A stretch of DNA of 63,015 nucleotides, filler included, from Cercozoa sp. M6MM (taxonomy: Eukaryota; Protista; Endomyxa: Ascetosporea): the NCBI GenBank assembly GCA_040357565.1. It is 10 parts of 10 records of this genome, joined end to end, with 100 filler letters (N's around TTAATTAATTAA, not from the genome) between each part and the next. Parts side by side here need not be neighbours in the genome. Positions count along the whole stretch, not along the records: positions 1 to 15,197 come from JBDODJ010000311.1; 9 more parts are not named here. One strand, written 5' to 3'. Below the pieces are notes generated by a model. The model saw nothing but the letters and a program-made list of their open reading frames with translations, did not search any database and had not been told where the DNA came from. The position numbers and the translations under genes are program-made. Below, piece after piece: positions 1-13,322 of the stretch; within the stretch, counting starts at the first letter, position 1, and every line of letters begins with the position of its first letter.

Positions 1-43
<43 letters not shown>

Positions 44-92
44 CATACAAAGGAACAGACAGGGAACAGGGCAAGCATGGGTCTTAGTGTAC

Positions 93-741
93 CGTAATAA
101 CGTCGATAGCCCACACAAGGTCGTCCTTGGAGAAGTTGGCAGTGCCCAGGTACACGCTCGCAGGAGCAATGTTGCCACACAGCAAGACACTAGTTAGTAT
201 AAGGTCGGCAACGCACTCAGAGCTGCGTAGGCACAACATCACCTCGGCCGGGTTGCTGCTGAACAGGCCTGTCGCGTCGTATACAAAACACATTAGTACT
301 ATGACGCAAGAACCCAGTTGGGTTATTCTTCACTTCGTTTCTTTAAACTACATCATTTAATTCCTTCGCTTCGTCTAGTTGACGACTTACTATACTTCTT
401 TTATTTGTTACGGCATAGAGTTTCTCAACCAGTCAAGTTGTCATCTGACTACTCGTCAGCGCGGACGATCAAATCTGAACCAGTATGGCTATTAGTGAAG
501 GATTTGTTTTGCAAGGTATCTCCTGCATTACATCCTGAGGTTTCTGCCTTGCATTGTCAAGTGTTGTGCAGACCTGACTTCCTCGCTTGGGTCAAGCTTT
601 CTACAGCTCACGCACTTTGACTGCAGGTATCTCTTCTCCAGCTTCCTTCTCGGAGCTCTTGTCCCTTCGCACTTGATACGTTCTGCCGTGCTAGTGCTTG
701 GGCTGTCTTTTTAATTGCCATCAACAGACGGACGACCTTTT
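93..741 (-). CDS. Hypothetical multi-exon gene fragment, runs off the contig end
   Basis: Open exon-like segments bounded by AG/GT (EKVVRLLMAIKKTAQALARQ...; GLFSSNPAEVMLCLRSSECVADLIL...WAIDVIT). No family recognised. Confidence 0.3.
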
Positions 742-1075
742 CTACAAGGGTATGTTTTCTAATCCTCCGCATCGACGCCATTCTAACTGACGTTTTACTT
801 CCTTTATTTAGTCGTCTTCAATTTCCATACCGTCGCGTAACATATTTGATTCTTTCACTAAAAAACGAAACGGCAGTATCTATCGTACCAATGCACAGCG
901 CATATAGGCTAAACTTGCTTGAAGTAATAGTACACTAGCGGGAGACGTATTTATTGACTCTGACGTGACGCGAGGGGCAGACTAGAAGCGAAGGCGGACG
1001 GACGGGGGGGGGGGGGGGGGAGACGATTGGAGACGAGAATCCGTTTGAGTCAGTGACGCACAGCCACGACTACTG

Positions 1076-1329
1076 CTAAACGAAGTCAGCTTGCACGAGC
1101 AGCTGTCCTCTGCGTTTGCGCTCGCCCTGCAGCTGCAGCTTGACGCCTTCGTCTGCGAAGTTAAGCGACAAGCACAATAGATCTAAACTTCCGCTCCCTT
1201 GCAATGGAAAGAAATGTGACACTCATCGTGGGGTTCTTACCTGATGCCAGAAGGTCTCCAAGCGTTGCAACGCATGCGCCCACGAAATCGTCACTTGAGT
1301 ACGTGTCCTGCGTGTGTGTGCGTGTGCGT

Positions 1330-1390
<61 letters not shown>

Positions 1391-3086
1391 ATAAAGGATC
1401 GCCACTTTATACCTTGTCCCACACTTCGAAAATGATAGTGTTTCTCGTGTCTCCACTCTGAGTTCACGTGCGTGTGTGTGTGTAAGCAAGGGTGTGCCTT
1501 TGTTTAAAACGGTACCAAAGCGAACTGATTGACGACCACAGGGTCCCAGCGCGGCGAGCGCGATCTTCGTTTGAACGTCGTTCTGCGAATCAAAATAGAA
1601 ATTAGTTTCGAGTTTTACAAGCAACTGGCGGACAGGAGAAAACGCTACGAGAAGATCAGATCCCAATCGTCGTAGCGTCCTGCAGCTTGCCGTGCCAACG
1701 CCTCGTCGATCTCATCGGGTTGCGACAGCGTTGTAGGCAAACGTAGCGCCAACACGTACGCATCAACGCTACCGAAAACGTCCCTGTTCAATCAAAGCCA
1801 GCAGTGGTATGACTCAAACTTGACACTTTTGCGAATAATAAAGCGACACGAGAAAAGGCACATTTTGGGCAGTGACGACGCTTGAAGACTCAGTCGAATC
1901 TGGAGCAAAGCCCATTAAATCGAGGCAATAAATACGGAAAAAAGACATGACACAAATGCCCAAGTCAAAGTACCTGTCGTCGCGTGAGTGCTTGGGCACC
2001 TGTTGCCACCAATCGTGTCCGCAACGTCAGCGTAAATGTGGCTCGTTTCTAAGATTTGAGAGAAATGCTGAGATACAAGCACAGGGTTCATTCAAGTCAC
2101 CTGCCCAAGCGCAGGATGCACTTTACCGTCTTGCACGGTGCCGTCTGCTCGCAGACACTAAAGGAAAAAGAAACGGTGTATTGGTATATCATGTTACTAA
2201 TACGTGAGATACCACAAGGTCCTCAAGACAGCGAAACATTTCACTAAGTTCGTTGCTCTTGGCGGCGTCTTCGCTCTCACTGTTTCGACAGAGTACGTGC
2301 ACTCTTCGGACGCCGTCGCGGAGGTTATCTCTACAGGAGACAGCAAGCTTCCAACTCTCTTAGCTTATCATAGTTTTTTAAACATATTTACTTCAATGGA
2401 TTTTGGTTTAAGAGAAGTTTTACGTGAGCGTGGCCATGTCGACGCTGTGTGAGACGGGTTTGGTTGCAACGGACGACATGCCTCGTAAGTGTTGCTGTCT
2501 GCCTTCCGCAATGTGCATGCCAGCGAACATCAAATGGACACAGTGATCTTTACAGCATGGTGTCGTCGCCATCAGTTCGTTTTAGCAGCTTAGCTATCTT
2601 TCGGTTAAACTCGGTTTCATTCAACGATACTATCACGGACAAGAGGCCTTGGTGTGCGGAAGAAAGGCGCAAAAGGGAAACAACTGAATAAAGTGGTAGA
2701 CAATTATATCGATACCTTCGATCTCAAAAGGTTGCGAAGAATCCGCAAAGCACCGAACTGGGCAACAGACCGAGTACATCTCATCTGCACTACTTCTCCT
2801 AATGTGGTCGATGGGATGCGCTGGAATCCACTACAAAACAAGATATCGATGGCAATTCATGTGAAGTGGGTTGGCAGTTCAAGATGTCATACGTTGTGCA
2901 CGGTTTCAGAAGCCGGTGTGCGCAAAGTGAGCTGCAGCTTGTTGGCCAAAAACTTCAAGGCCTGCAATGCGGTGCAAGAACCGTGCAAGAACCGTGTCAC
3001 AATGTCTCGTATCTACGTATCGATATTTGTACCTCCCGCGAAGTCGCGCCGAGCACAAAAACGCACTCCGCCAGCGATTGCTGCAT
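1076..3086 (-). CDS. C2-domain protein, copine C2B-like, no vWA domain seen
   Basis: Spliced GT-AG exons give IRLSLQASSLPKMDVFGSVDAYVL...STTFKRRSRSPRWDPVVVNQFALSGDTRNTIIFEVWDKDTYSSDDFVGACVATLGDLL, with the Ca-binding Asp pattern of C2 domains. TAG at 1076-1078; start codon tentative. Confidence 0.65.
2537..2617. repeat. 81-bp inverted repeat, left copy (partner 4887-4967)
   Basis: GACACAGTGATCTTTACAGCATGG...CGGTTAAACTCGGTTT matches the reverse complement of 4887-4967 at 79/81 positions. Confidence 0.95.
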
Positions 3087-3344
3087 CCCGATCGCTCAGA
3101 TGTGTAGCACAATTGTAAACCTAAGTTGTTCTAGCAACTACAGGTGCACGATTCGAGAGCTCAATTGCAGAAAGAAACAATGGGAGCCAAGAGTGAGAAC
3201 ATCAATCAATCAGATGATGGTCACAGGCTGACCACCTATCGGCTCATGTTTGCTGTCCGAGCCGAAGTCTGCAAAACAGGAAACTGAAACCAGGCTTCCA
3301 CAGATTAGAGACCTTGGGGCCTAAACTGTCTTGTCTGCACTCCG

Positions 3345-4493
3345 ATGCGTCAAAAGCTGCAAGAAATAGAGAAAAAACTTCGCCTTCATGAGGTGCCGTT
3401 TGCTTTTTGCTGACCCTGTCTGTGATTTGCTGCCCAAGTCAATATAAGTTGAATCTGTTCAGGTGACGGTGCTTCGCTCGCTTAGCGACAAGACTGCCGG
3501 CGCACTCCGTCCGATTGAGATCTTAATCATTGCGGGAGTTGCACTGCTGTCTGCTCTGTCCTGGCTATCGTCTTTTCGGGTAGATTTCTTTTCGAAGAAT
3601 TCTGACCCGCCAGGTCTCAGACCTTGATTCGTGTCTGTGACATGTACAGGCGGTGTCTTTGCTAATCAGCGTGGCATATCCTGCCTACGCCTCCTTCCAG
3701 GTACGCATTGGAGCACAGTCTGTGATTGCAGTGTCCTTCGACTATTTAAACTTACATTGCACAAGTGCCTGTAGGCAATCGAGTCGCCGGACAAGCGCGA
3801 TGATAAACAATGGCTGACTTTTTGGTACAGCAACAAACCGAAATTAATCTTGTGATTAGTTGCTGTAGTTTGGATGAATTACTGTGCTTGCACGCTGCTT
3901 GTGGGACATTTGAAACATGCGAACAGGGTCGTGTTTGCGTTTTTCTCGGCGGCTGACTCGCTGACGAATCTCTTCCTTGTGTGGATCCCGTTCTACGCCT
4001 TAGTCAAAATGCTCTTTTTGTAAGCTCCTCCGCTGGTTCACGGTCTGCCAAGAGGCACATTCCGCCCTTTGATTTCTTCTGCTGCAGTGGCTACCTGTGG
4101 CTGCCCCAGCTACGCGGCGCCGAGATGCTCTACGATCATCTGCGTAAACCAACAGTTTTGTGCATTGTTGAGACAGTATGAAAGGGTGCACGTGCAGTTT
4201 TGTGTAAACTACGCACTTTTCATCTGAATTCCCGTGCAGTGAAGCCATTCTTCGTCAAGACTGAAACTCACGTGCACCGCACACTCGACTCTGTCAGCTC
4301 TGCAGTCAAGGAAACTGCGAAGCCTCCCAGCAGCATTGCCATGGGCGAAGTCAACCCGCAAATCATTGATCTCGCAGCCACCGGCACCGAAGTGAACCCG
4401 CAGGTCACCGATCTGACAACTGCGGCGATCGGTACCGAGGTGAACCCTCAGGTCACCGACCTTGCGGCCAATGCTGCAAAAAAGCACCAGTGA
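3345..4493 (+). CDS. REEP5: REEP5/Yop1/DP1/HVA22-family ER-shaping protein
   Basis: Six GT-AG introns give [29 protein letters not shown]...WIPFYALVKMLFFGYLWLPQLRGAEMLYDHLLKPFF. The C-terminus has three (G/T)EVNPQ(I/V)xDL repeats. Confidence 0.93.
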
Positions 4494-4577
4494 ATGAGAC
4501 TCGGGCTGACACTGCGGTCTTCGACGAATTGAAACCCTGAAACGCACTTGCATAATATTTAAAGTTGCAATGAAGCG

Positions 4578-6522
4578 TCACTCTTCGACTGGCCCACTTG
4601 CCCGGTGGGGGTAAGCCCCGGATTCAGCGAGAAGTTCTAGAAAAACAACATCAGTAGGAAAACAATACCAGTAGAGTGAGTGCCGGTCAAAAAATAAATA
4701 AATAAATATGATATCCTTGCACAGCCTGAGATTAAAGGCTATAAGCGTACTATGGCACAGAAAATAATATGTGAACGCTATTTCCTCAGCCAAAGCTCGC
4801 TTACTGTCAGTCCGGGTCAAAAATCTCCGCGTCTGCAGTTTCTGCATTCACTGTCTGGAGTTTAACCGAAAGATAGCTAAGCTGCTAAACCAAGTTTAAC
4901 CGAAAGATAGCTAAGCTGCTAAAACGAACTGATGGCGACGACATCATGCTGTAAAGATCACTGTGTCTGTTGAAAACTTTTTGACGATAAGGATTTTCCC
5001 AATATAAGACCAAAGAAAAAACGTCCCCCGCCAATGCCAATCCGGGACAACCCCCTATCTCATCAGTGAGAGGGCTACAGTAACACGACAGTTTGGCGTG
5101 GCCTGCATTAGTCGAAACAGAGCGGCGCGGACAAAAGCTATGCTAACCGCCACGTCTGCACTGATCAAGCACTGGCAGAATTACAGCCGAGGGTCACAGG
5201 GACATCAACACCGAGTACAGCTCGGCACAGGCACTCATTGATGCGTGCTGTGCATAGCACGACAACGGCATACAAACATACCAGACCTCCAAAACTTGAT
5301 CAGGTCAAAACAGTGAAGGTTACCTGGCGGCACAGTGCGGCGATTTGCGGTGCCGAATTGCCGAGATGAACAACGTCTTCTTGAGATAGATTGGGACCGC
5401 ATGTTTCGTCGCTGTTGCCCTGCGATGGACGTTGGCGCAGCAAACGCAACATAGCGTTGGCCACCTGGAAAGCAGCGCAAAGACTCATAATCGCGGTGCA
5501 GCAACTGTTTCGATAGCATATGGTACGACAGGAAATGGCAGTTCAGATTCCTCAGTGTGAACACTGTGATCGAGCTGACTGGAGGCAGCACTCCGACTGC
5601 GAGTGCAGGCGAGGACAAGACAGTTCCAGGTTTCGAGCGTTCGTATCCTTCCGTGCTGCCACAGTGACAAGATCGTGCCAACGCCCTATGACGCTCAACG
5701 CTATGTGGCAACACGCGCCTCATCAACAGACACACCGAGGGCAGTGTACCGAACGAGTCAATGGGAGATGTCTCAACACTTGTGAGACATAGCCTTGACT
5801 GCATCGACACAGCAGTTGGAATGCCAGCGATTCGTTGTGCCGATGCAACAGAGGAAACACCTCCGGTGGTAGCAGATCACTCAGCTCACTGCAACACAAC
5901 ACCATGCACGCAAATGCACGCCGCATATTGACCGAGAAAAAAAGATACAAGTGAGGCGCAGCCTGCAAAACTCTGTCAGTTTCACGCGGGGCCAACTGGC
6001 GCTTTATTCCGTGCTATAGCATGTTGAAAGACGCGGGTCAAACACCAAAAACACAACTCGGCATTCCTGTAGCCACCAGTACCATCAGATATCGCCTCAC
6101 TTTCTCACAGTCAACCAGGGACGTGTGGTCCCATAAAAACAACGGAGCCGGAGGCTTCTGTGCAAGCGATTCTTATCAATGGTGTAACAACGACACAAGA
6201 TCGATTACCAGATCGAGCCATTCTGTCAGCTCCTGCATGAGGACAATGTATGATGCTTAGAATATTTCAATGCCTCTAAATTTGAGCAAGCTTGCGCCCG
6301 CACACACTAATCTAGCCCACTGAGGAGGCCGGATGTTTAAAAATAGGAACAAATTCAGCTCCCGGCGCTCCCCGTGGACCCACAACCGCTGAAAGTGTGA
6401 CCGTTGGGCTTTGGAACACGCCTGGCCTGCATTAGCACGCACAGTGTCTGTGCAGCGACTAGCAGCACCTGAGTCAAGTCACCTCGTGAGGTAAGAACAC
6501 TCTCAATCATTCCGGTCTGCAT
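4578..6522 (-). CDS. Hypothetical multi-exon protein
   Basis: Several open exons with GT-AG ends; the last three join in frame (PLTDEIGG...NRHSDLYSMMSSPS | TRRFLTRTDSKRALAEEIAFTYYFLCH | KLLAESG...VEE*). 5' end uncertain. Confidence 0.45.
4859..4967. repeat. Right copy of the 81-bp inverted repeat (4887-4967) with a 34-bp-period tandem duplication
   Basis: AGTTTAACCGAAAGATAGCTAAGCTGCTAAA occurs at 4859-4889 and at 4893-4923. Confidence 0.95.
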
Positions 6523-6601
6523 CACTCAAGTACACAATTCTCTTGCGCGCTGGGACTCATGAACTTTCACACAGGGTTTGTACAATATGCTACACGTGTA
6601 G

Positions 6602-7679
6602 ATGGTTCAACCCGTGCCACCGCTGCCCGACAGTACAGGTAAATCATATGCATTTTAGGTGTCCCTGTACTTGTGTACTTGTGTACGTGTACTTTTTTGG
6701 GAATACAGGTGTTAAACTCGAGCGCAAGGAGAGTTTACGGGTAGTGCAGTATTTTCGTTACTGACAAAAATGACACCTATGCTCGCTGTGTTTGCTCACA
6801 GGAGAGAAGACTCCGTCTGCAGGGTAGTCCTCGTCACAAAGGACCCACAGGTAGAGCAGTTTAACTTTCGTTCCCGCCCACACGACGCACGAGTCCACCT
6901 GCCACTCTTCTGCAGGAAAGGCGGCACTCGAACAGTTGCTGCATGCGCGTACGTCGCGCACGCATGCGCTCCGTGACATCCGGTACCTGTGTTCTCTGCT
7001 CTACTGCCCACTCGGATAGAAGTACCCGTGATGTACACTGCAGGAAACGAAGCATGGGCGGCTCGCCTGCCATTAAGGAAGCGCGCGAGCGACAGCGACA
7101 GAAGGCGCTCGCTGCCGCAGAAATCATCGAGGTGCGGCTATCACTCTCTCCCTGCCTGGTTTCAATGGAGACAGTACTGATAATATGCACAGCAAGCCGA
7201 GGAAGGTAGTCTCGAGGAGGACAAGCCGGTCGCAAATGGCACCGATGACGAGGACACTGGCGCCTCGACAGAGGGCTTAACGTCCAGTGACATTCGCGTC
7301 AAAATCACTTACAACGAGCGCGATAAGGTAGAGCAATCCTGACTTTGAGAGAGTGAGCTCTTCATGCTCGTGTGCATGCCCGGTGTCTGTGTGTTTTCTC
7401 GAACAGAGTCTCAAGTCAGCTCTCCGCAAGACCGAGTATGACTCATTGTCCTGTTGCTGCCCTTGTGTCTCTGTATTCCGTGTACCCATGTGTTCACCCA
7501 CAGGCGATCATGGTCCGCCAGTAAGTCGCTCCCGTCGGGTTTCCGGCCGTCGCGACAGCGAGACGAACCGCGTCGCCGTTCGCTCACCTTTTCACCGCGC
7601 TGCCAGGTACGACTCCTCTGTCTTGTCTTGTGGGATACAACTCTGTTTCCTTTCTTGCTGTCTGTGTGATGTGTCTGTG

Positions 7680-7739
<60 letters not shown>

Positions 7740-7749
7740 NNNNNNNNNN

Positions 7750-7799
<50 letters not shown>

Positions 7800-8987
7800 A
7801 CACACACACACACACACATACACATGTCTCAGATCAAGGCCGACGATGGCGAGGTGTCTTACGGCCGCGTCAATCTGCCTGTCGACGATGCAGAGGTGCG
7901 CAGACAAAACTATGTTGATAACATGCCCATGTTGGCATCTACATGTGGCACCTGGTATGAGAATGCGCCCATCTGTCTGTCCAGGCAATGAACATTATCC
8001 GGCGGCCACAAGCGCGTACGCGACCCAGAAAAAAGGTGCGTCAGTCGTCACTCTGTGCCATTACTCGGTGCAGTGTTTTGTCTGTTATGCTGTGCACGCG
8101 TGTGCTTGTCAGCAGTTGGACCTGAGCGATCTGGTGGCTTCCTCGGACGAAGAGAATAGTAGTGCCACCGAGCCGGACACCTCTTCCTCGTACACTCCGT
8201 CTGCTTGTAGACACGGGTCTCAGTGACATTGCGTGATCTACACTGTGTGTGTGTGTCTGGGGCAGGACCGACTCTGAGTCAGAGGTGGCACCTTTCGAGT
8301 TGAGCGACAGCGACAGAGATCTCGGAGTGCGCATCACACGACCCTCACCTGTAACACAGCCTGATCCTCCTGCTTGCTGCACATGCCCTCATGCGCCTGT
8401 ACTCGCCTGTGCCTTGCGCAGAAGAAAACCGAAGCAGGAAGCCAGGTGTCAGAAACTACTCGCGCCACGGGCAGCGAGGACACCAGCAATGTCAAAGATA
8501 GCCAGACCCATCCCGGCACCGAGCACCCGACGGAGGATGCCAAGGAGGCCGAGAGCGAGAGCGAGCCGGAGCCTCTGCAGAACCTGAGCGAACGACTGGA
8601 CTGTGTGGCGCGCGACATGTCCGTCGTCGTCAAACGCATCGACTCTCTCGCGTCGCTTGTACAGCAGCAGCAGAGGCAGCCCAAATACGATGCCGAGAGA
8701 TCAGTTGTGTCGCCACTCAGTCCACACGTCGCCGATCACGACGGCCGCACGCCTCACACTCCGTCCACTGCGCTCACTGTTCACGGCCGCGGCGATGTCG
8801 CTTCGGAAGCGATGCGATTTGTTGCCGTCACGGTTGTGGTACTGAGTTCACCTTCCCCGCTTTTGCCCCCTCGCTCTTTGTATCTTCCGCTTTTGTCTGT
8901 ACCTCACAGACGGCTTTGTACCTCGTGGTGTTTGCGCTGTTGCTGCGCGAGATCGGTGTCGACATCCGCGCGCTGCTGTCTTTATGA
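6602..8987 (+). CDS. Hypothetical low-complexity protein with a short coiled coil and C-terminal transmembrane anchor
   Basis: 5' exons join in frame from MVQPVPPLPDSTGVKLERKESLR. It ends LQNLSERLDCVARDMSVVVKRIDSL...RFVAVTVV|TALYLVVFALLLREIGVDIRALLSL*. Confidence 0.6.
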
Positions 8988-9510
8988 GAAAAGCTTCTTT
9001 CGCGAAAAGATCAGGCCGGTGCGGTGCTCCAAAATTAATTAGCCTGATCTTCTAGCAAAAAAATAATATAAGCCGAGTTCTGGATCTACGACTGCAATAA
9101 TCTCATAGAGAAGATAATTTTCGTCCATTTTTCCCGAATCGTCGAAAAATTAAGAAATTCGCCACAAGCGCGTGAGGACCAAGGAAGGAAACGCACCGAG
9201 ACGGTACCATACTGCGGCGTGGGCACACATTAGGCTTCTGACAGTGTGTCTTGCGACCTGAGTGGGAACGTGTCTGTGACGTCTTTTCGTTTTTTTGGCG
9301 TGTTTTGTGTTTTTCGTTGAGCGCGTTAGTAGGCTTAAAGGGCGAGAAAAGCGCCGTGAGGTTATCCTACTGGTAGCGCGAGTTGAAACAACGAAAACAA
9401 AACGATTCCGCGGCCTTCACCTTTCTACTGTAGATAGTGGGCGAGTGAGTATTCTCTTACACACTACGCGGAGATAAGGAATACGCCAGCAATCCAAAGT
9501 ACACACGAGG

Positions 9511-10119
9511 ATGTCGGTGTTTATCCAATCTTTCGAAGAGGACCTCAAGGAGCTTCGCAGTATTTCGAGTCGCCGTATCAAGTCGCTTACGGTGCCTGCT
9601 TTCATCTGTGTTGTAGAGAGAAATAATGTCCGTATGCACGAGTTGTGGTGGTGTTGGTGTTGGTGGCGCCCTTCGCCAAGCAAGAGGGCGTGTTTTTTGG
9701 CTTATTGCACCTGTTTCTGCTTCCTCCATGACGGGGTTTTCTGTGCCATAAAGTTGGATTAGTGTGCCGTTTGCGGCCAGCTTTTCTGTCGCGTGTTTTA
9801 GCCAACGAAGTACAATCGTAACAAGAAAGTGCAATGTCCGCAGAAAAGAGCGCCGTATCAGATGCTTTGCGGCTCTGTTGCTGCTGCCTTTCGCTGCAGT
9901 TTTTCTGCATTTTCTTTTTTTTTTGCTTTTGTTTCCGGCCCAACACTACAGTTTGTTGGTGTTGAAAAAGAAACGTTGCGTAAAGCAGCAGCAGTGATTT
10001 TTGCACTCGGAGGTGTGTGCAGGACCGCGCTCTGCGGCACAGCGATGAGGCTCGTGGCATCGTCGAGGTACAGAGTTGTTGCCCTGCATGCATACAGCTG
10101 TCTGCATGTGTGTGTGTGT

Positions 10120-10191
<72 letters not shown>

Positions 10192-10384
10192 CTGTAAGCA
10201 GGTGTGGAAGCGCTTCGTGCGCACGGCGCCGACCGACGGCGACAGTCGACTGCCGTTTGCCTTCCTGGCCGATTCGATCATGCGCGATGCCTTCCGTCGC
10301 GAGGAGGGTGGTACCATGTCTTATGTGTCTATCCATCAGTTGTGCATGTGCTCTATATATATATATATCTCCCTCTCTCCCTCT

Positions 10385-10416
<32 letters not shown>

Positions 10417-11227
10417 CCCTCTCCATCTCTCCCTCTCTCTATCTACTGCACTTGAATAGGACAAGTGCAACGCCTGTTCGGCGCTGCCTTTTCCGAGGCG
10501 ATGCGCGACCCCTCACTGCGCACGCAGTTGCTGCGGTGTGCTGCTGACCATCCTAAGGTAGTCCTACCTCCTGTTCTGTCTTGTCCTGTGCCCTACCTTT
10601 CCCGTATGTGTCTGTTGGTCTGTGTCCCTGTGTGCAGATCCTCAAGCTCCTGCCAGTGTGGCGTGAACGTGTCTACTTTGATCTGCAGATCATCGACACG
10701 CTGGAACGAGAGATGAGTGACGCGCCCTCTCGTACTCTCCTTTTCTCTCGGCCTTTTTCTATTACACTCGCACCCTGGGTGCCCTCTTGTGTATGTGTGT
10801 GCTGTATGTTGTGTGTGCATGTGTAATGTATGGGTAGGGGCCAAGCAGGAGGCGCCGGGAGACGACCTGGTGAGTCAGCTGGCGGCTCTGCAGGCCGCCA
10901 TGGGCGACGATTTCTCGGCCCTCATGCAGGGCACCACACCTGCCGCTCCTGACCGGGTACTTCCTCTCGATATAAACACACATGGATGTGCATCTGCGTA
11001 TGTCTGTGCAGACGGCCAAGTCGGTGGTCGACGATTTTGGCGTGGCGCCGGCGCTGATCGCCAACGCGTCGAGCAACTACGCCGCCTTCGCGGCGCCTGC
11101 CGCTGCCGCTGCACCGAATGCTCGCGTATACCCTGCTTTACCCGCACCCTCATTCCTGCCATTCCCTTGCCCTCTCCCTTACTTGCCGCTCCCCTACCAC
11201 CCGGCAGTTGACGCCGTCGCAAGCATT

Positions 11228-11273
<46 letters not shown>

Positions 11274-11342
11274 GCGGCTTCGCTTGGACACGCACTGCCG
11301 CAACGACGACAGACGCAGCACTTGCCTCTGGTAGATACACTT

Positions 11343-11390
<48 letters not shown>

Positions 11391-11400
11391 NNNNNNNNNN

Positions 11401-11457
<57 letters not shown>

Positions 11458-13269
11458 ACGCACACAGGTATCCCAAGTATGTAGGTGTCGGACGATGACG
11501 GTGCACTGCCGCCGGCGCGCTCGTACCAGCCGCACACGTCGCAGCAGTACGGACAGCAGTACGCACCTCCGATGACTCAGCAGCACCGCTCGGCGTCGTC
11601 GCTGCCGCCGCACCTGCAGCACGCGCAGCAGCAGCAGCAGCAGCAGCAACAGCAACCGCACCCGCAGGCACAGCCGCCACATTTGCAGCAACGCGTGGCG
11701 CCGCACCTGCAGGCTCCGCACCAGGTACAGGCACACCTGTGCGCACGGTGTGAGTGTATATATATATATGCCTACACATGCATGTATGTGTGTGCGTGTG
11801 TGCAGGCCCATCCACCACACAGTCGGATGGCGCATTACGCAACGACTTCACGTCCGGTGCCAGTCCTTTCTGGTCTGTATGTGTTTGTGTATGTGTATGT
11901 GTCTGTTGTTGGTGCAGTCGAACTTCCCGTCGCTGCGTGATCTGCAGCGTTTCGGCGACTGTCTTGGCTTTGTGCCCTCGCGTACCTCTTGTCCTTTGCC
12001 CCTGTGTCACATAAGCGATATGCTGCTGTTGTTTCTGTTGGTTAGATCGTGGGGACGGCACGCTGCCGGAAGGCAAGGTGCTTGTGCTGACGACGTCGCT
12101 GTGGCTTGGCGCTCATCGGTAGCACACCTGTGTCTGTCTGTATATCTAACTTCTTTTGTATACATTTTATTATATATTTTTATATGTTCGTTTGATGACT
12201 GCACAGCGGCCAGTCGCTGCCGGACGAGATCTCGCTGCGCAAAATCTTCAATCAGTATGGTAGGGATCTTCCTGCAGGGTCCTTGTTGTCTGCCTATACA
12301 TCTCCATCCTTTGTTTATTTATTTTGAGTATACATGTACACATAGGGCCTGTGGCCAACGTGCGTCACATGGGCGAGTTCGCCTTTGTCAAGTTCTACTC
12401 GCACGCGCACTGCCAAAAGGTACCTCCCCTGTCTGTCTGTCTGTCTGTCTGTCTGTCTGCCTGTCTGCCTGTCTGTCTGTCTGTCTGCACCCCTCTTCAA
12501 CTAATGCTTGCGTCTGGTCAGGCCAAGTCTGCGTGCGAACGAGATCCGTCGATCGGCTTCCGTGTCAACTATGCCAAGGTATCTGCTTCCGCGCGGATAC
12601 CTGGGGGGAAGACTAGCCCAGTCACACGGTGTGTTGTTCCTGACCAGGGTCAAGGCATCACCAAGGAGAACTTCAACCAGGTTGAAGGCACCTCGGTACT
12701 GGACGCCGACCTGTTGCAGCCCTTCGGCATGCTGTACGAGGTGCGTGTCCCCTCTTTCCTTCCCTTCCCTTCCCTTCCTCCCTTCCTTCCGTTCCTCCTT
12801 CTTTCCCTCCCTCCTTCCTTTCTTCGAGGGGTCTCTTTCTGCGAGAATAGGAAGACGTGCCGCCCGAGGAACTTCCGGGTCGCTGCCGTGCACTTGACGA
12901 CCTCAAGCGGTGACTCTCTGTCCTCTCTGTCCTCTCTGTGGTCTTTACTAAAACACGACTCTGTGTGTGCAGACAATCGCGGCCTCGGTTCGACCAGCGC
13001 GAGCACGAGCGTGACCGAACCGAGTACCGGCCGCGTGACTCTCGACGCCGCGATGACCGGTGCCTTTGCTTTCATCTTGTTGCTCTGTATACACATTACT
13101 CACACATATATATATATATATAATACATATATAATATGTCTGTGTGTGCACAGTGACAGAAGGGATCGCGAGAGGCGCAGTCGGCGCAGTCGCAGTCGCA
13201 GTCGCGACCGGCGGCGTCGCACGCGGAGTCGCAGTCGCAGTCGTCGGTACACCCTTATTGCTGTTGCTG

Positions 13270-13322
<53 letters not shown>

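Noticed and set aside
2539-4965. Transib/RAG-like transposon with CACAGTG termini carrying the REEP gene
   Set aside because: There is no target-site duplication, nonamer or transposase, and both repeat copies fall inside plausible host gene models that extend beyond them.
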